The notes: a model not told the origin generated them from the letters alone. Shown: positions 45,931-55,223, numbered from the stretch's first letter. The stretch is 64,000 nucleotides of DNA from Acidobacteriaceae bacterium (GCA_965276585.1 CBDIAZ010000003.1:509200-573199), one strand, 5' to 3'. A program made the numbers and translations.

Positions 45931-46070
45931 CCCAGGATTTTCAATTCGTCATCCAAAACGGTTTGCCATCCCAGCAAAAGCCCGGCGAGCGATCCGCGCG
46001 TTAAACTGCTTTCGTCAAGGGATTGCATAGCCAAGTGCAACTGTATAAAAGCCACGGCAGGAGGGTTCTC

Positions 46071-47195
46071 ATGAAACGCAAACAGAACGCACTCGCGATC
46101 GTTTTTCTCGTTTCCCTCGCAATGACATTTGCCTGCGCGCAAACTGCGAGCCGCGTCGTAGGATCGATCACCGCCATCTCCGGCAGCACGTTCACCCTGC
46201 AGCCGGATCAAGGCGCGCCCGTCACCGTAACCGCAGCCGATAGTGCCCGCATTCTTCGCATGCAGCCAGGTGCGAAACAGCTCTCCCAAGCCACTCCCAT
46301 CGCCCTCACTGACCTCGCCGTCGGCGACCGCATCCTCGCCCTGGTCAAGGACGGCTCCGCCACCACCATCGTTGCCATGAAGCAGGCCGACATCGCGCAG
46401 AAGCAGCAAGCCGAAGCCGAGGCCTGGCGCGCGGGCGCAGCTGGCCTGGTCAAAACCGTAGACCCCGCGACCGGAACCGTCACCATCCGCTCCGGCCCCC
46501 GTGCGCTCACCATTCACACGACCCCAAACACGAAGATCCGCCGCTACAGTCCCGACTCCGCCCTGTTCGCCAACGCCAAACCCTCGACGCTCGATGCCAT
46601 CCATCCCGGCGATCAGCTGCGCGTCCGCGGAACCCGCAGCGCCGACGGCACGGAGATCGCCGCCGACGCACTCATCGCCGGCACCTTCCGCAACATCGCC
46701 GGAATCGTTTCCGCGACCAATCCCTCCACCAATACAGTCACCATCGCCGACCGTCTCTCGAAGAAGCCCATCGTCATTCACATCGACTCCGACTCGCAGC
46801 TGCACAAACTTCCTCCCGCCATGGCCCAACAACTTGCCGCGCGCCTGAAACAAATGGGCGCAGCCAACCAGCAGCATAAGCCGGCAGCTCAGCCAGCCGG
46901 CAGCCAATCCCCCAGCCCCGCCAGCCAGCGCAGCGGCAGTCTCTCGCGCATGCTCGAAAGCACGCCCGCCGTCACTCTCGCCGATCTCCACAAAGGCGAC
47001 GCCCTCATCATTGTCGCCACACAAGGCACCCCCGCCTCCGCCACTGCTATTACCCTGCTCGCAGGCGTCGAACCGCTGCTCAGCGCTTTCCCCTCCGGCA
47101 ATCAAAGCGTCTTCTCCGCCTCATGGAACCTCAACGGCGGCGGCATGAGCGCAGGCGGAGCCGGTGCGGGCGGATCTGGTGCCGGCGCGCCATAA
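46071..47195 (+). CDS. Secreted repeat protein (three to four DUF5666-like beta-rich modules, Gly-rich tail)
   Basis: 374 aa from ATG 46071 (GGAGGG SD). Signal peptide LAIVFLVSLAMTFACA. Internal repeats of the form G.V..V......T......V.V.....I.......L.D...GD...V.G. The domain name is a guess. Confidence 0.65.
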   Translation: MKRKQNALAIVFLVSLAMTFACAQTASRVVGSITAISGSTFTLQPDQGAPVTVTAADSARILRMQPGAKQLSQATPIALTDLAVGDRILALVKDGSATTIVAMKQADIAQKQQAEAEAWRAGAAGLVKTVDPATGTVTIRSGPRALTIHTTPNTKIRRYSPDSALFANAKPSTLDAIHPGDQLRVRGTRSADGTEIAADALIAGTFRNIAGIVSATNPSTNTVTIADRLSKKPIVIHIDSDSQLHKLPPAMAQQLAARLKQMGAANQQHKPAAQPAGSQSPSPASQRSGSLSRMLESTPAVTLADLHKGDALIIVATQGTPASATAITLLAGVEPLLSAFPSGNQSVFSASWNLNGGGMSAGGAGAGGSGAGAP

Positions 47196-47404
47196 TTCAT
47201 CCGGACACGATTCGTTCGGACACTCCTGCGTTTTCATCGCCTCGATCCCCGCTGGAACCGCGCTCCATCTTTGCTATCCTGAAACGTGGCTAGATTGTCT
47301 TTCTCTCGCGGGCCGTTCGTCCACCGCGGGTCCGTATCCCGCATCGCTATGTGCCCGTCCCCCATGCCGGTTTCCCCAACCGTTTCCTGCGGTGAGGTGA
47401 AGCT

Positions 47405-48397
47405 GTGAGCTCCGCCGCCCAGGCGCCCGCAAAGATCGCCCCGGAGACCATCCATCCCGGCAATCCCGAAGCTGTCGTAGAGCAGTCTGCCAGCCTCACT
47501 CGCAGCGCAAAAATCTTTCTCCTCGACACCATCGCCATCTTCAAACTCCGCGTCACCGCGCTCGTCGTCATGACCGCCTGGGCCGGCTATTATCTCGGCG
47601 CCATGCAATCCGGCATCGGCTCCTTCAACATCACCCTGTGGAACACCCTGGTCGGCGTCGCCCTTGTCTCCTGCGGCGCATCCGTGCTCAATCAGGTCTT
47701 CGAGCGGCGCACCGACGCCCTCATGCTGCGCACCGCCCAGCGCCCATTGGCTGCCCGGCGTCTCGGCCTCGGCTACGGCGTCCTCATCGGCATGGCCACC
47801 ATTGTCTTCGGTTCGCTCTGGCTCATGGTCACGACCAACCCCATTACCGGCACCCTCACCCTGCTCACCGCCGTGATGTACGTCGGCATCTACACGCCGC
47901 TCAAGCGCTACACCACTCTGGCAACATTCATCGGAGCCTTCCCCGGCGCCATGCCGCCGCTGATCGGCTGGACCGCCGCGCGCGGCAGCATCGAGTGGCC
48001 CGCGGTCGCGCTCTTCGCCATTCTCTTCGTCTGGCAGTTCCCCCACTTCATGGCCATCGCCTGGCTCTATCGCGAGGACTATGGCCGCGCCGGCATCCGC
48101 ATGCTGCCCGTCGTGCAGCCCGACGGCTGGTCCACCGCAACCGAGGCATTGGTCTACGCCATTCTGATGATCCCCGTCAGTCTGGTTCCCTACTATCTCC
48201 ACATCGCCGGACGTTTCTATTGGACAGCCGCGCTGGTGCTCGGCCTCGTCTATCTCGCCTATACGATTCGCTTCACCCGCATCACCAAATGTTCCGCCAG
48301 CGAGTCGCGGAAAATCGCCCGCGCACTATTAAAGATAAGCGTGATCTATTTGCCGTTACTATTGGCAATATTGATGTTGAACTCGAAAAGAAGTTAG
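47405..48397 (+). CDS. ctaB: Protoheme IX farnesyltransferase (heme O synthase)
   Basis: 330 aa with a GTG start. UbiA-superfamily motifs LNQVFERRTDALMLRTAQRPL and GAFPGAMPPLIGW typical of CyoE/CtaB. Confidence 0.9.
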   Translation: MSSAAQAPAKIAPETIHPGNPEAVVEQSASLTRSAKIFLLDTIAIFKLRVTALVVMTAWAGYYLGAMQSGIGSFNITLWNTLVGVALVSCGASVLNQVFERRTDALMLRTAQRPLAARRLGLGYGVLIGMATIVFGSLWLMVTTNPITGTLTLLTAVMYVGIYTPLKRYTTLATFIGAFPGAMPPLIGWTAARGSIEWPAVALFAILFVWQFPHFMAIAWLYREDYGRAGIRMLPVVQPDGWSTATEALVYAILMIPVSLVPYYLHIAGRFYWTAALVLGLVYLAYTIRFTRITKCSASESRKIARALLKISVIYLPLLLAILMLNSKRS

Positions 48398-48488
48398 TTT
48401 TTGAAATTTGGTGCCCCATCCTTCGCGTTGTTGGTGAAGGGTGGGTTCGACCGATTCGCGTGGTTCGAAACCACAAAGAGGAAACCGA

Positions 48489-49496
48489 ATGGCAACCATC
48501 GAACAAATCGCGCAGCCGCCCATCGCCAGGCCCGGCGAACTCTCCGGCCAGGCCCCCATCGAACTCTCCGGGCTCACCCACGATTACGGCTCCCGCCTCG
48601 CCCTCGACGGCCTCAGCTTCCAGGTGCGCCCGGCGGAAATCTTCGGTCTCCTCGGTCCCAACGGTAGCGGCAAAACCACCCTCTTCCGCATCCTTTCGAC
48701 GCTCATGGTTCCTACCGGCGGCACCGCACGCATCGCCGGCTTCGACGTAGCCAGGGAACCTAACCGCGTCCGCCAGCAAACCGGCATCGTCTTCCAGGCA
48801 ACCAGTCTGGATGTCAAACTCACCGTCGCCGAAAATCTCATGCATCAGGGCCATCTCTACGGACTGCGCGGTGCAGAGCTGCAGACACGCTCGAAGACAG
48901 TGCTCTCCCGCGTCGGCCTCACCGACCGCGCCAGGGACATGGTCGAAACTTTATCCGGCGGTCAGAAGCGCCGCATCGAACTGGCCAAGGGCCTCATCCA
49001 TTCCCCCTCTGTCCTGCTGCTCGACGAGCCTTCCACCGGCCTCGATCCCGGCGCGCGCCTCGACCTCTGGCACTATCTCCGCATCCTGCGCGATGAGCAG
49101 GGCGTGACCGTCCTCGTCACTACACACCTCATGGAAGAGGCTGAGCACTGCGACCGTCTCGCCTTTCTCAGCGCCGGAAAATTAGTTGCGTTAGGCAGCC
49201 CGGCAGAATTGAAATCCCAGATCGGCGGCGACATCGTCCAGTTTGAAACCCCGACCGCGGAAGCCGCCGCTCTGCTGGGAACGCGCATCGCCGAGCGCTT
49301 TGCCGTTACTCCGGTCATCGTCGACTACACCGTCCGTGTCGAGCGCGAGCACGGCCATCGCTTCCTCACCGAAGTCGTCGAAGCCTTCCCCGGCGCCATC
49401 GAATCCGTTTCCGTCTCCAAGCCCAGCCTCGAAGATGTCTTCATCCAGCGCACGGGACATCGCTTCTGGCTGGACAACAAACAGGAGCAACCGTAA
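48489..49496 (+). CDS. ABC transporter ATP-binding protein (ABC-2/DrrA-type with C-terminal extension)
   Basis: 335 aa from ATG 48489. Walker A GPNGSGKTT, signature LSGGQKRR, Walker B LLLDEPSTGLD. Confidence 0.9.
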   Translation: MATIEQIAQPPIARPGELSGQAPIELSGLTHDYGSRLALDGLSFQVRPAEIFGLLGPNGSGKTTLFRILSTLMVPTGGTARIAGFDVAREPNRVRQQTGIVFQATSLDVKLTVAENLMHQGHLYGLRGAELQTRSKTVLSRVGLTDRARDMVETLSGGQKRRIELAKGLIHSPSVLLLDEPSTGLDPGARLDLWHYLRILRDEQGVTVLVTTHLMEEAEHCDRLAFLSAGKLVALGSPAELKSQIGGDIVQFETPTAEAAALLGTRIAERFAVTPVIVDYTVRVEREHGHRFLTEVVEAFPGAIESVSVSKPSLEDVFIQRTGHRFWLDNKQEQP

Positions 49497-50329
49497 TGGC
49501 CACCGTCGCCGTTCCCACTCGCATTCCCACCAGCTCCGCTGCGGGAACTCTATGGACCCCCGCCTACACCCTATGGCGGCGCGAGCTGGTTCGTTTCTAC
49601 CGCCAAAAGGCCCGAGTCGTCGGCGTCATCGCTTCCCCGCTCCTGTTCTGGATTCTGCTCGGCTCCGGCTTCTCCAACACCTTTCACACTCCTGGCGCGG
49701 AAAGTGTAATGTCGTCGCACTACCTCAGCTATTTCTTTCCCGGCTCCATCGTTCTCATCGTGCTCTTCACCGCCATCTTCAGCATGATGTCGCTCATTCA
49801 GGATCGCAACGAAGGTTTTCTGCTCTCGGTATTGGCCGCGCCCATCCGCCGTTCCGCCATCGTGCTCGGCAAAGTCATGGGCGGAGCAACGCTGGCCGCC
49901 ATTCAAGGCTGGTTCTTCCTCATCTTCTCGCCGTTGGCCGGGGTCCACGCCAGCGCGCTCGACATTCTCTACAGCATGCTCATCATCGCGCTCACATCCT
50001 TCGCCATCACCGCACTCGGTTTCATGATCGCGTGGCCCATGGATTCAACCCAGGCCTTCCATGCCGTCATCAATCTCATCCTGCTGCCGCTCTGGCTGCT
50101 CTCCGGCGCCCTCTTCCCCGCCAGCGGAGCTTCCGGCTGGCTGCGCACACTGGTCCTCATCAATCCTCTAACCTACGGTGTAGACGCGCTGCGCAACGGC
50201 CTCTTCCCCACCGAAGCAACCACTTTCTCCCCGGAATTCAACCTGCTGGCCACGCTCGGCTTTTGCGCCGTGGTCTTCCTCGGAGCCTGGACCATCGTCA
50301 ACCGCCGCACCAACAAACCCGCGGCATAG
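49496..50329 (+). CDS. ABC-2 type transporter permease
   Basis: 277 aa with a TAATG overlap on the ATPase gene. Six hydrophobic segments. N-terminal LWRRELVRFYRQK is typical of ABC-2 permeases. Confidence 0.85.
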   Translation: MATVAVPTRIPTSSAAGTLWTPAYTLWRRELVRFYRQKARVVGVIASPLLFWILLGSGFSNTFHTPGAESVMSSHYLSYFFPGSIVLIVLFTAIFSMMSLIQDRNEGFLLSVLAAPIRRSAIVLGKVMGGATLAAIQGWFFLIFSPLAGVHASALDILYSMLIIALTSFAITALGFMIAWPMDSTQAFHAVINLILLPLWLLSGALFPASGASGWLRTLVLINPLTYGVDALRNGLFPTEATTFSPEFNLLATLGFCAVVFLGAWTIVNRRTNKPAA

Positions 50330-50346
50330 CAAAGGTGAGCAACGAA

Positions 50347-50441
50347 CGTTAGTCCGGGTATCGGAGACCACCAATACGCCTTCAGGCGCTGAGGTTTCAC
50401 CAGCAAGGGTAGACCCGAGACTTTAGTCCGGGATGAGAGAC
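50347..50441. repeat. Interspersed hairpin repeat family 3 (composite copy)
   Basis: TTAGTCCGGGTATCGGAGACC, CGCCTTCAGGCGCTGAGGTTTCAC and GGGTAGACCCGAGACTTTAGTCCGGGATGAGAGAC. Related to the 32681 and 52852 copies. Confidence 0.6.
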
Positions 50442-50469
50442 AATCCACAAGCAGAAAATTTGAACCGGC

Positions 50470-51018
50470 ATGCCAATCGAAATCCAAAATCCGCCCGCCA
50501 ACACCCGCGCTCCCATAGCGGGCTTGATAACGATCAGCATCGCCGCCATCCTCTTCCTGCTCTGGCTGATCTACATCCACCACGCGCCGCAGCAGTTTGC
50601 CAACCGCCTGATGTTCCTGCCTGCGCTAAACGCCCTGCTGAACGGATTAAGCGCCATTGCCCTGGTCATCGGCTTCGTCTTCATCCGCCGTCGGCAAATC
50701 GCCCGCCATCGCGCCGCCATGATCACTGCCTTCATCTTCTCCAGCCTGTTTCTCGTCAGCTACCTCATCAATCACGCCCTGCACGGCGACATTCTCTACC
50801 CCGGCCACAGCACACTGCGAACGGCCTACCTCACCATCCTCGCCAGCCATATTTTTCTGTCGATGGTGGCGCTGCCCATGATCCTCATCACCTTTTATTT
50901 CTCTCTCAGCGGCCGCTTCCCCCAGCACAAAAAAATCGCCCGCTTCACCTTCCCCGTCTGGCTCTATGTCTCAATCACAGGAGTGATAGTCTACGCCATG
51001 CTGGCCAACGCACGCTGA
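50470..51018 (+). CDS. DUF420 (CtaM-like) membrane protein
   Basis: 182 aa with four to five TM segments. DUF420-like conserved His/Arg pattern (FIRRRQIARHRAAM, ILASHIFLS, HKKIARFTFPVWLYVSITGV). Confidence 0.8.
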   Translation: MPIEIQNPPANTRAPIAGLITISIAAILFLLWLIYIHHAPQQFANRLMFLPALNALLNGLSAIALVIGFVFIRRRQIARHRAAMITAFIFSSLFLVSYLINHALHGDILYPGHSTLRTAYLTILASHIFLSMVALPMILITFYFSLSGRFPQHKKIARFTFPVWLYVSITGVIVYAMLANAR

Positions 51019-51036
51019 AACATCGGAATAAGCAGA

Positions 51037-51333
51037 ATGCCCGTAACCGATAAAACCCCGGCAGCTATCGAGCCATCCCGGCAGTCCGCCTCCGGGCAGC
51101 CTGCGGACGACGGCACCCGCATGCTGCTGCGGACAGGGTTCTGGATTACCCTCGTCGGAATTCTGGCGCTGATCGCCACAGAGACGGTGTTCGGCGGAAT
51201 CGGCATCGACGGCCCGCATACCAATGCCGGCTGGCTCACCTTCCTGTTCGCCCTGATGGGCATTCCCTTCGGCCTGCTGTTGCTGGTTTTAGGCGGAGCA
51301 AAATGGCTCCGCAACCGCCGCCTGTATCGTTAG
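51037..51333 (+). CDS. Hypothetical small membrane protein (2 TM)
   Basis: 98-aa ORF 18 nt after the DUF420 gene. Two clear hydrophobic helices. Weak SD and no recognised motif. Confidence 0.5.
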   Translation: MPVTDKTPAAIEPSRQSASGQPADDGTRMLLRTGFWITLVGILALIATETVFGGIGIDGPHTNAGWLTFLFALMGIPFGLLLLVLGGAKWLRNRRLYR

Positions 51334-51560
51334 GTGGTTTTATGGGTCTGGAGGGCGGCGCGGACTTTTTCCACATGGGTTCCGTGGCTGCGGATGGCTT
51401 CATGGAGCTGGTCCCCAGTGACGCCGAATTCTTTGGCCCAGTAGGCGATGTCGGAGGCCATCTTGGGGTTGATCTCCTTCGGGTCATGAGGGCCTTTGAC
51501 GTGGTCTTCGTGGAGGGCGTGGGGTTCGTGGACTTTGGGGGCGTCGTGGTGCTCGGACAT
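51330..51560 (-). CDS. DUF3606 domain-containing protein with a His-rich N-terminus
   Basis: 76 aa from ATG 51560 (AAGGAG SD 6 nt upstream). C-terminal pattern ASDIAYWAKEFGVTGDQLHEAIRSHGTHVEKV fits DUF3606. The rest of the 310-aa track ORF is antisense to the DUF2911 gene. Confidence 0.7.
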   Translation of the reverse strand: MSEHHDAPKVHEPHALHEDHVKGPHDPKEINPKMASDIAYWAKEFGVTGDQLHEAIRSHGTHVEKVRAALQTHKTT

Positions 51561-51704
51561 CGGTTGCTCCTTCTTCATTTCTCTTACGTGGATGAGAATG
51601 GGTCGAGTGGGGATGCATGCGGGTAGCCATGCGCGAAATCGAAATGACTGGACAGGAACTATAATGGATTCGCTCGCGAAACGACTGCTCCAGGGAGATT
51701 CCAC

Positions 51705-52265
51705 ATGAAACCATGCAAAGGTGTACTGGCGAAGTTCGCCGTCGCGGCAATGGCAATGGCAATGCTGCCGCTTGCCGTTCCCGCCCAGATGTCGAACAGC
51801 AAAAGCGGAAAGCCGCTCCTCAGCCCGCCCGCCAAAGCCACCGTCCATCTCGCCGCTGGAACCGTCGACATCACTTACAACATGCCCTCCATGCGCGGAC
51901 GCAAGATCTTCGGCGGCCTGGTTCCCTACGGCAAAGTCTGGCGCACCGGAGCCAACCCGGCCACCACGCTCAAAACCGACGCAAATCTCAAGATCGGCAC
52001 CGCAACCGTTCCCGCCGGAACCTACACCCTCTACACGCTGCCGTCGGAGGACACCTGGAAGCTGATCGTCAACAAGCAGACCGGCCAGTGGGGCACTAAA
52101 TATGATCAGGCGCAGGACCTGGCGCGAGTCGACATGCAGAAGACCGATCTTCCCAGCGATCAGGAACAGATGACCATCAGCTTCGAGAACACCCACGGCA
52201 ACCGCACCCAGCTGCACATCCGCTGGGCAAAGATCGACGTCTGGGTGCCGGTGATCGCTCAATAG
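51705..52265 (+). CDS. DUF2911 domain-containing secreted protein
   Basis: 186 aa with a signal peptide. Pattern YGKVWRTGANPATTLKTDANLKIGTATVPAGTYTLYTLP..DTWKLIVNKQTGQWG. Confidence 0.8.
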   Translation: MKPCKGVLAKFAVAAMAMAMLPLAVPAQMSNSKSGKPLLSPPAKATVHLAAGTVDITYNMPSMRGRKIFGGLVPYGKVWRTGANPATTLKTDANLKIGTATVPAGTYTLYTLPSEDTWKLIVNKQTGQWGTKYDQAQDLARVDMQKTDLPSDQEQMTISFENTHGNRTQLHIRWAKIDVWVPVIAQ

Positions 52266-52361
52266 ATGGTTTAATTTTTACTATCTCCATGCAGAGAATC
52301 GCCCGTTCTGGCGGTTCTGCTATCGTGTAATGACATATTTTTCAGGGAAAGCAGGTCGGGC

Positions 52362-52817
52362 ATGGCAAAGAGCGTGAACAAAGTGATTTTATTGGGAAAT
52401 GTGGGCAAGGATCCGGAGATCAAAGCCACCGCAAGCGGAGTGGTCGTAGCCACATTTTCAATCGCGACCAGCGAACGATTCAAGGACAAAACCGGCAACT
52501 GGCAGGACCGTACCGAGTGGCATAATCTGGTCGCCTATCAGCGTACGGCAGAGATCGTCCGCGACTATGTGAAAAAAGGCAGCAAGCTATACGTCGAAGG
52601 CCGTCTGCAGACTTCTTCCTGGGACGATAAAACTACCGGCCAGAAAAAATACAAAACCGAAATCATAGTCGGCGATCTATCTCTTCTATCCGGCAAAGGC
52701 GAAGGCGAAAGCGGCGGCAGCGGATATTCCAAGTCGAACACCGCCTCTTTCGATCAACGCAGCGCCGAGGATTACTCGCAAGCCGCAGAAATCACCGACG
52801 ACGATATTCCTTTTTAG
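52362..52817 (+). CDS. ssb: Single-stranded DNA-binding protein
   Basis: 151 aa. OB-fold N-terminus MAKSVNKVILLGNVGKDPE, Gly-rich linker, acidic tail DDDIPF. Confidence 0.95.
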   Translation: MAKSVNKVILLGNVGKDPEIKATASGVVVATFSIATSERFKDKTGNWQDRTEWHNLVAYQRTAEIVRDYVKKGSKLYVEGRLQTSSWDDKTTGQKKYKTEIIVGDLSLLSGKGEGESGGSGYSKSNTASFDQRSAEDYSQAAEITDDDIPF

Positions 52818-52851
52818 TGTCTCGTCTGGCCGCTCCAAAAAGCTCAACCGT

Positions 52852-52921
52852 GGTAGACCCCGGCCTTCAGGCCGGGGATAAGTCTCTGCAATATTAGGTT
52901 GGCTTTAGCCACTGAGTTACC
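52852..52921. repeat. Interspersed hairpin repeat family 3
   Basis: GGTAGACCCCGGCCTTCAGGCCGGGGATAAGTCTC (perfect hairpin CCCCGGCC-TTCA-GGCCGGGG) plus the partner arm GGCTTTAGCCACTGAGTTACC. Confidence 0.7.
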
Positions 52922-52928
52922 GAATCCG

Positions 52929-53342
52929 TTAAGCGCGCCCCCTGAATCTCTGATCCAGGCTGTACCTACCCGCACCGGTAAACGCCAGCGCCAGAAATCC
53001 GCCGATATAGAGCAGCAGCATCTCTCCGCGCGCAGCGTGAAATGGATAGTGGTGGACGAGCGCGAACGCCACGCCAATATCGATGAAGACAATAAACGCC
53101 GCCACCCGCGTTCCCAGGCCAAAAAACACCAGCACGGAGCAGATGGCATCGGAAATCAGCGCGAAAATCAGGCTCCAATGCGAGCCGATGTGAATTGGAT
53201 CGGGAAAATGGCTGGCCATCTGCGAGAAGTGAGTGATCTTCTCCAGGCCATGCCGCAGAAATAAATTCGCTCCAAGAAAAATGCGTAGCAACAGCAATCC
53301 AATATCGCTGCTGCCGGAACCGGAACCGGAAGATTGTGCCAT
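52929..53342 (-). CDS. DoxX family membrane protein
   Basis: 137 aa, four TM segments. LLLLRIFLGANLFLRHGLEK is a DoxX-like start. Confidence 0.8.
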   Translation of the reverse strand: MAQSSGSGSGSSDIGLLLLRIFLGANLFLRHGLEKITHFSQMASHFPDPIHIGSHWSLIFALISDAICSVLVFFGLGTRVAAFIVFIDIGVAFALVHHYPFHAARGEMLLLYIGGFLALAFTGAGRYSLDQRFRGRA

Positions 53343-53429
53343 CCGATTATTGTTGGCGAGAGACGCGACTGCGTCAATGGGATTGCTCGCCGATGTTCTG
53401 CTCGGCGCAACCGGGAAAGCCGCGCGAAG

Positions 53430-54800
53430 TTACGCGAGCCGTCCGATCGCCTTCATGTTGCGCAGAATCGGCAGCTCCTGCTGCACGCGCTTCCACGCCT
53501 TCGCATTTTTTTTCGTCGTGTTCGGCGCGCCGGGATCGGCATAATAATCGAGAACATTTTTCTTGAGACCGGCAGGAACTGAACGGTTCGGCTGTGCGGT
53601 CAATTTCGCCAGCAACTGCGCATACGTTTTGTCCGTCAGCCGATAGGAACCAGGCCGGACAAGATTGCCCGTATCCAGATCGCGATCGATCAGGTCGAGC
53701 CGCTGCCTGGGGTTCAATGTCAACTGCTGCAGAAATCCCTCATAGTCGTCGACGGATCGGTTTATGCTCTCGATATACCAACGGTTCGTTTCCGCATTCG
53801 GTCCACGAATCGCGGCATCGGAAATCGGTCCAACCTTGGGCAGGATGCGGATGATAAAAGCGATCAGGTGGAGCTTGAATCCGGAGTGCTTGCGATAGTG
53901 TGCCCATTGGTTGTCGAGGCCCGCCTGTTTCTGGCGAGTCAGAAATTGCTGAAATGCCGGCGTGTCCACCTCCCGCGGAAAATCGTTGCGATGGATCAGT
54001 ACCTCCGCCCGCGCAATGTCCGGCAAAATGCCCTGGACCGATGACCGATAACTCCGGGTCGCGGGGCCTGGCCGTCCCAGTACAGAACGTAGCGACAGCC
54101 CGTATGTATCGAAAAAAGCCTGCGCCACTACTCGCAGCGGAACTTTGAAGCCAACAGACGACAAATAACCGGCTGGCGCAAACTGGTGTTGGCCGAGCTG
54201 CTCGACATCGTAAGCAAACTCCGTCCGAACATGACCGTGCGGAGACTGATCGTAGGTCACGATCGGGCCGTATTTTTTCTCCAACCCGGGAAATTCAATC
54301 GGCGTCGAAAGATTGGTCGCATAGCGGTGCCCGTCCGAGTCGCCAATGTAGTGGGAGAGCGCACCCAGCGCAAAGGCATACTCATCGACAGTCTGGGAGT
54401 CGCGAAGCAGATTGTTTACAAATTCGCCGGAGCGGACGTAGTGGGTGAGATTGCTGAAAAACTGGTGGCCGAATGGATAATAGCCCATGTCCTGGATGGT
54501 CGCGCCGCCGTAGACATAGGCGCGCGCCTCGTGAAGCTGGGCCGCCGTCGCGGTGGGAAAACGCGCCAGCAGCAGCGGGCGAATGGAGCTGTGCCAGGCG
54601 ACATCGATCATGTCTTCGTGACTGAGAAATGAATAAGCCTGCGCCGGCTGAGGAAGACTCGCAAGCATCGTCAGCAGAATCAAAAAATACGCGAGAAGAT
54701 AATTAGCATGCGCCCTCGCCCGCATCGTGCGGATGTGCCCCGCCGGCTCGATTTCCTGGGCGCGCGGTATCGATTGATCTGTGTCCATTCGCTTCTTCAT
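53430..54800 (-). CDS. Zinc-dependent phospholipase C-like family protein (secreted)
   Basis: 456 aa. Signal peptide (an alternative start at ATG 54725 gives MRARAHANYLLAYFLILLTMLASLPQPAQA). His-rich metal-site pattern SHEDM, GALSHYIGDSDGH. Confidence 0.7.
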   Translation of the reverse strand: MKKRMDTDQSIPRAQEIEPAGHIRTMRARAHANYLLAYFLILLTMLASLPQPAQAYSFLSHEDMIDVAWHSSIRPLLLARFPTATAAQLHEARAYVYGGATIQDMGYYPFGHQFFSNLTHYVRSGEFVNNLLRDSQTVDEYAFALGALSHYIGDSDGHRYATNLSTPIEFPGLEKKYGPIVTYDQSPHGHVRTEFAYDVEQLGQHQFAPAGYLSSVGFKVPLRVVAQAFFDTYGLSLRSVLGRPGPATRSYRSSVQGILPDIARAEVLIHRNDFPREVDTPAFQQFLTRQKQAGLDNQWAHYRKHSGFKLHLIAFIIRILPKVGPISDAAIRGPNAETNRWYIESINRSVDDYEGFLQQLTLNPRQRLDLIDRDLDTGNLVRPGSYRLTDKTYAQLLAKLTAQPNRSVPAGLKKNVLDYYADPGAPNTTKKNAKAWKRVQQELPILRNMKAIGRLA

Positions 54801-54858
54801 TGTACGAAAATCGTTCGCTGCGACACGCTTGCCACGCGCACCTTGTTAGACTGGCAGC

Positions 54859-55191
54859 GTGATCGATGAGGCCACATTCCGCCGCCGTGCAGATGATGCA
54901 ATCGGATCGTTGAAACAATCGCTGCTCCATGCCGACACGAACGCGGAGTTCGAGGTGGAACAGCATGAGGACGCGCTGAATATCTCATTTGAGGATTCAC
55001 CCTCGAAATTGGTATTGACTCCGAATATCCCAATGCGGCAGATCTGGATCGCAGCTCCGTCGGCAAGTTTTCAGCTCGATTGGGACGAGTCGAAACAGAC
55101 TTTCCTGCTGGCCAGAACAGGCGAAACCCTGGACGCAATAGTTGCGCGACTGATGATGGAACAGCTTGGCGGAGAAATTGTGCTCAGCTAG
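54859..55191 (+). CDS. cyaY: Iron donor protein CyaY (frataxin homologue)
   Basis: 110 aa with a GTG start. Frataxin pattern F...AD.A......L..........E.E.....L.I.F.......VL...IPMRQIW. Confidence 0.85.
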   Translation: MIDEATFRRRADDAIGSLKQSLLHADTNAEFEVEQHEDALNISFEDSPSKLVLTPNIPMRQIWIAAPSASFQLDWDESKQTFLLARTGETLDAIVARLMMEQLGGEIVLS

Positions 55192-55223
55192 CGTGGTGAG
55201 TCTTTAATTCACTACATAAATCT

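Noticed and set aside
44848-48202. Three long minus-strand ORFs (44848-45921, 45927-47105, 47234-48202) opposite the AI-2E transporter, secreted repeat protein and ctaB genes
   Set aside because: All are Gly/Asp/Ala/Arg-rich low-complexity translations with no recognisable domains. The plus-strand genes carry the family motifs and proper SD sequences and start codons.
48440-48476. tRNA T-arm-like sequences GGGTTCGACC and GTGGTTCGAAACCAC between ctaB and the ABC ATPase gene
   Set aside because: No matching acceptor stem, D-arm or anticodon arm can be drawn. It is probably just part of the 5' UTR.
51561-52262. Upstream 234 codons of the 310-aa minus-strand ORF 51330-52262
   Set aside because: It is antisense to the well-supported DUF2911 gene. 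Only the last 76 codons, with their own strong SD, look like a real (DUF3606) gene.
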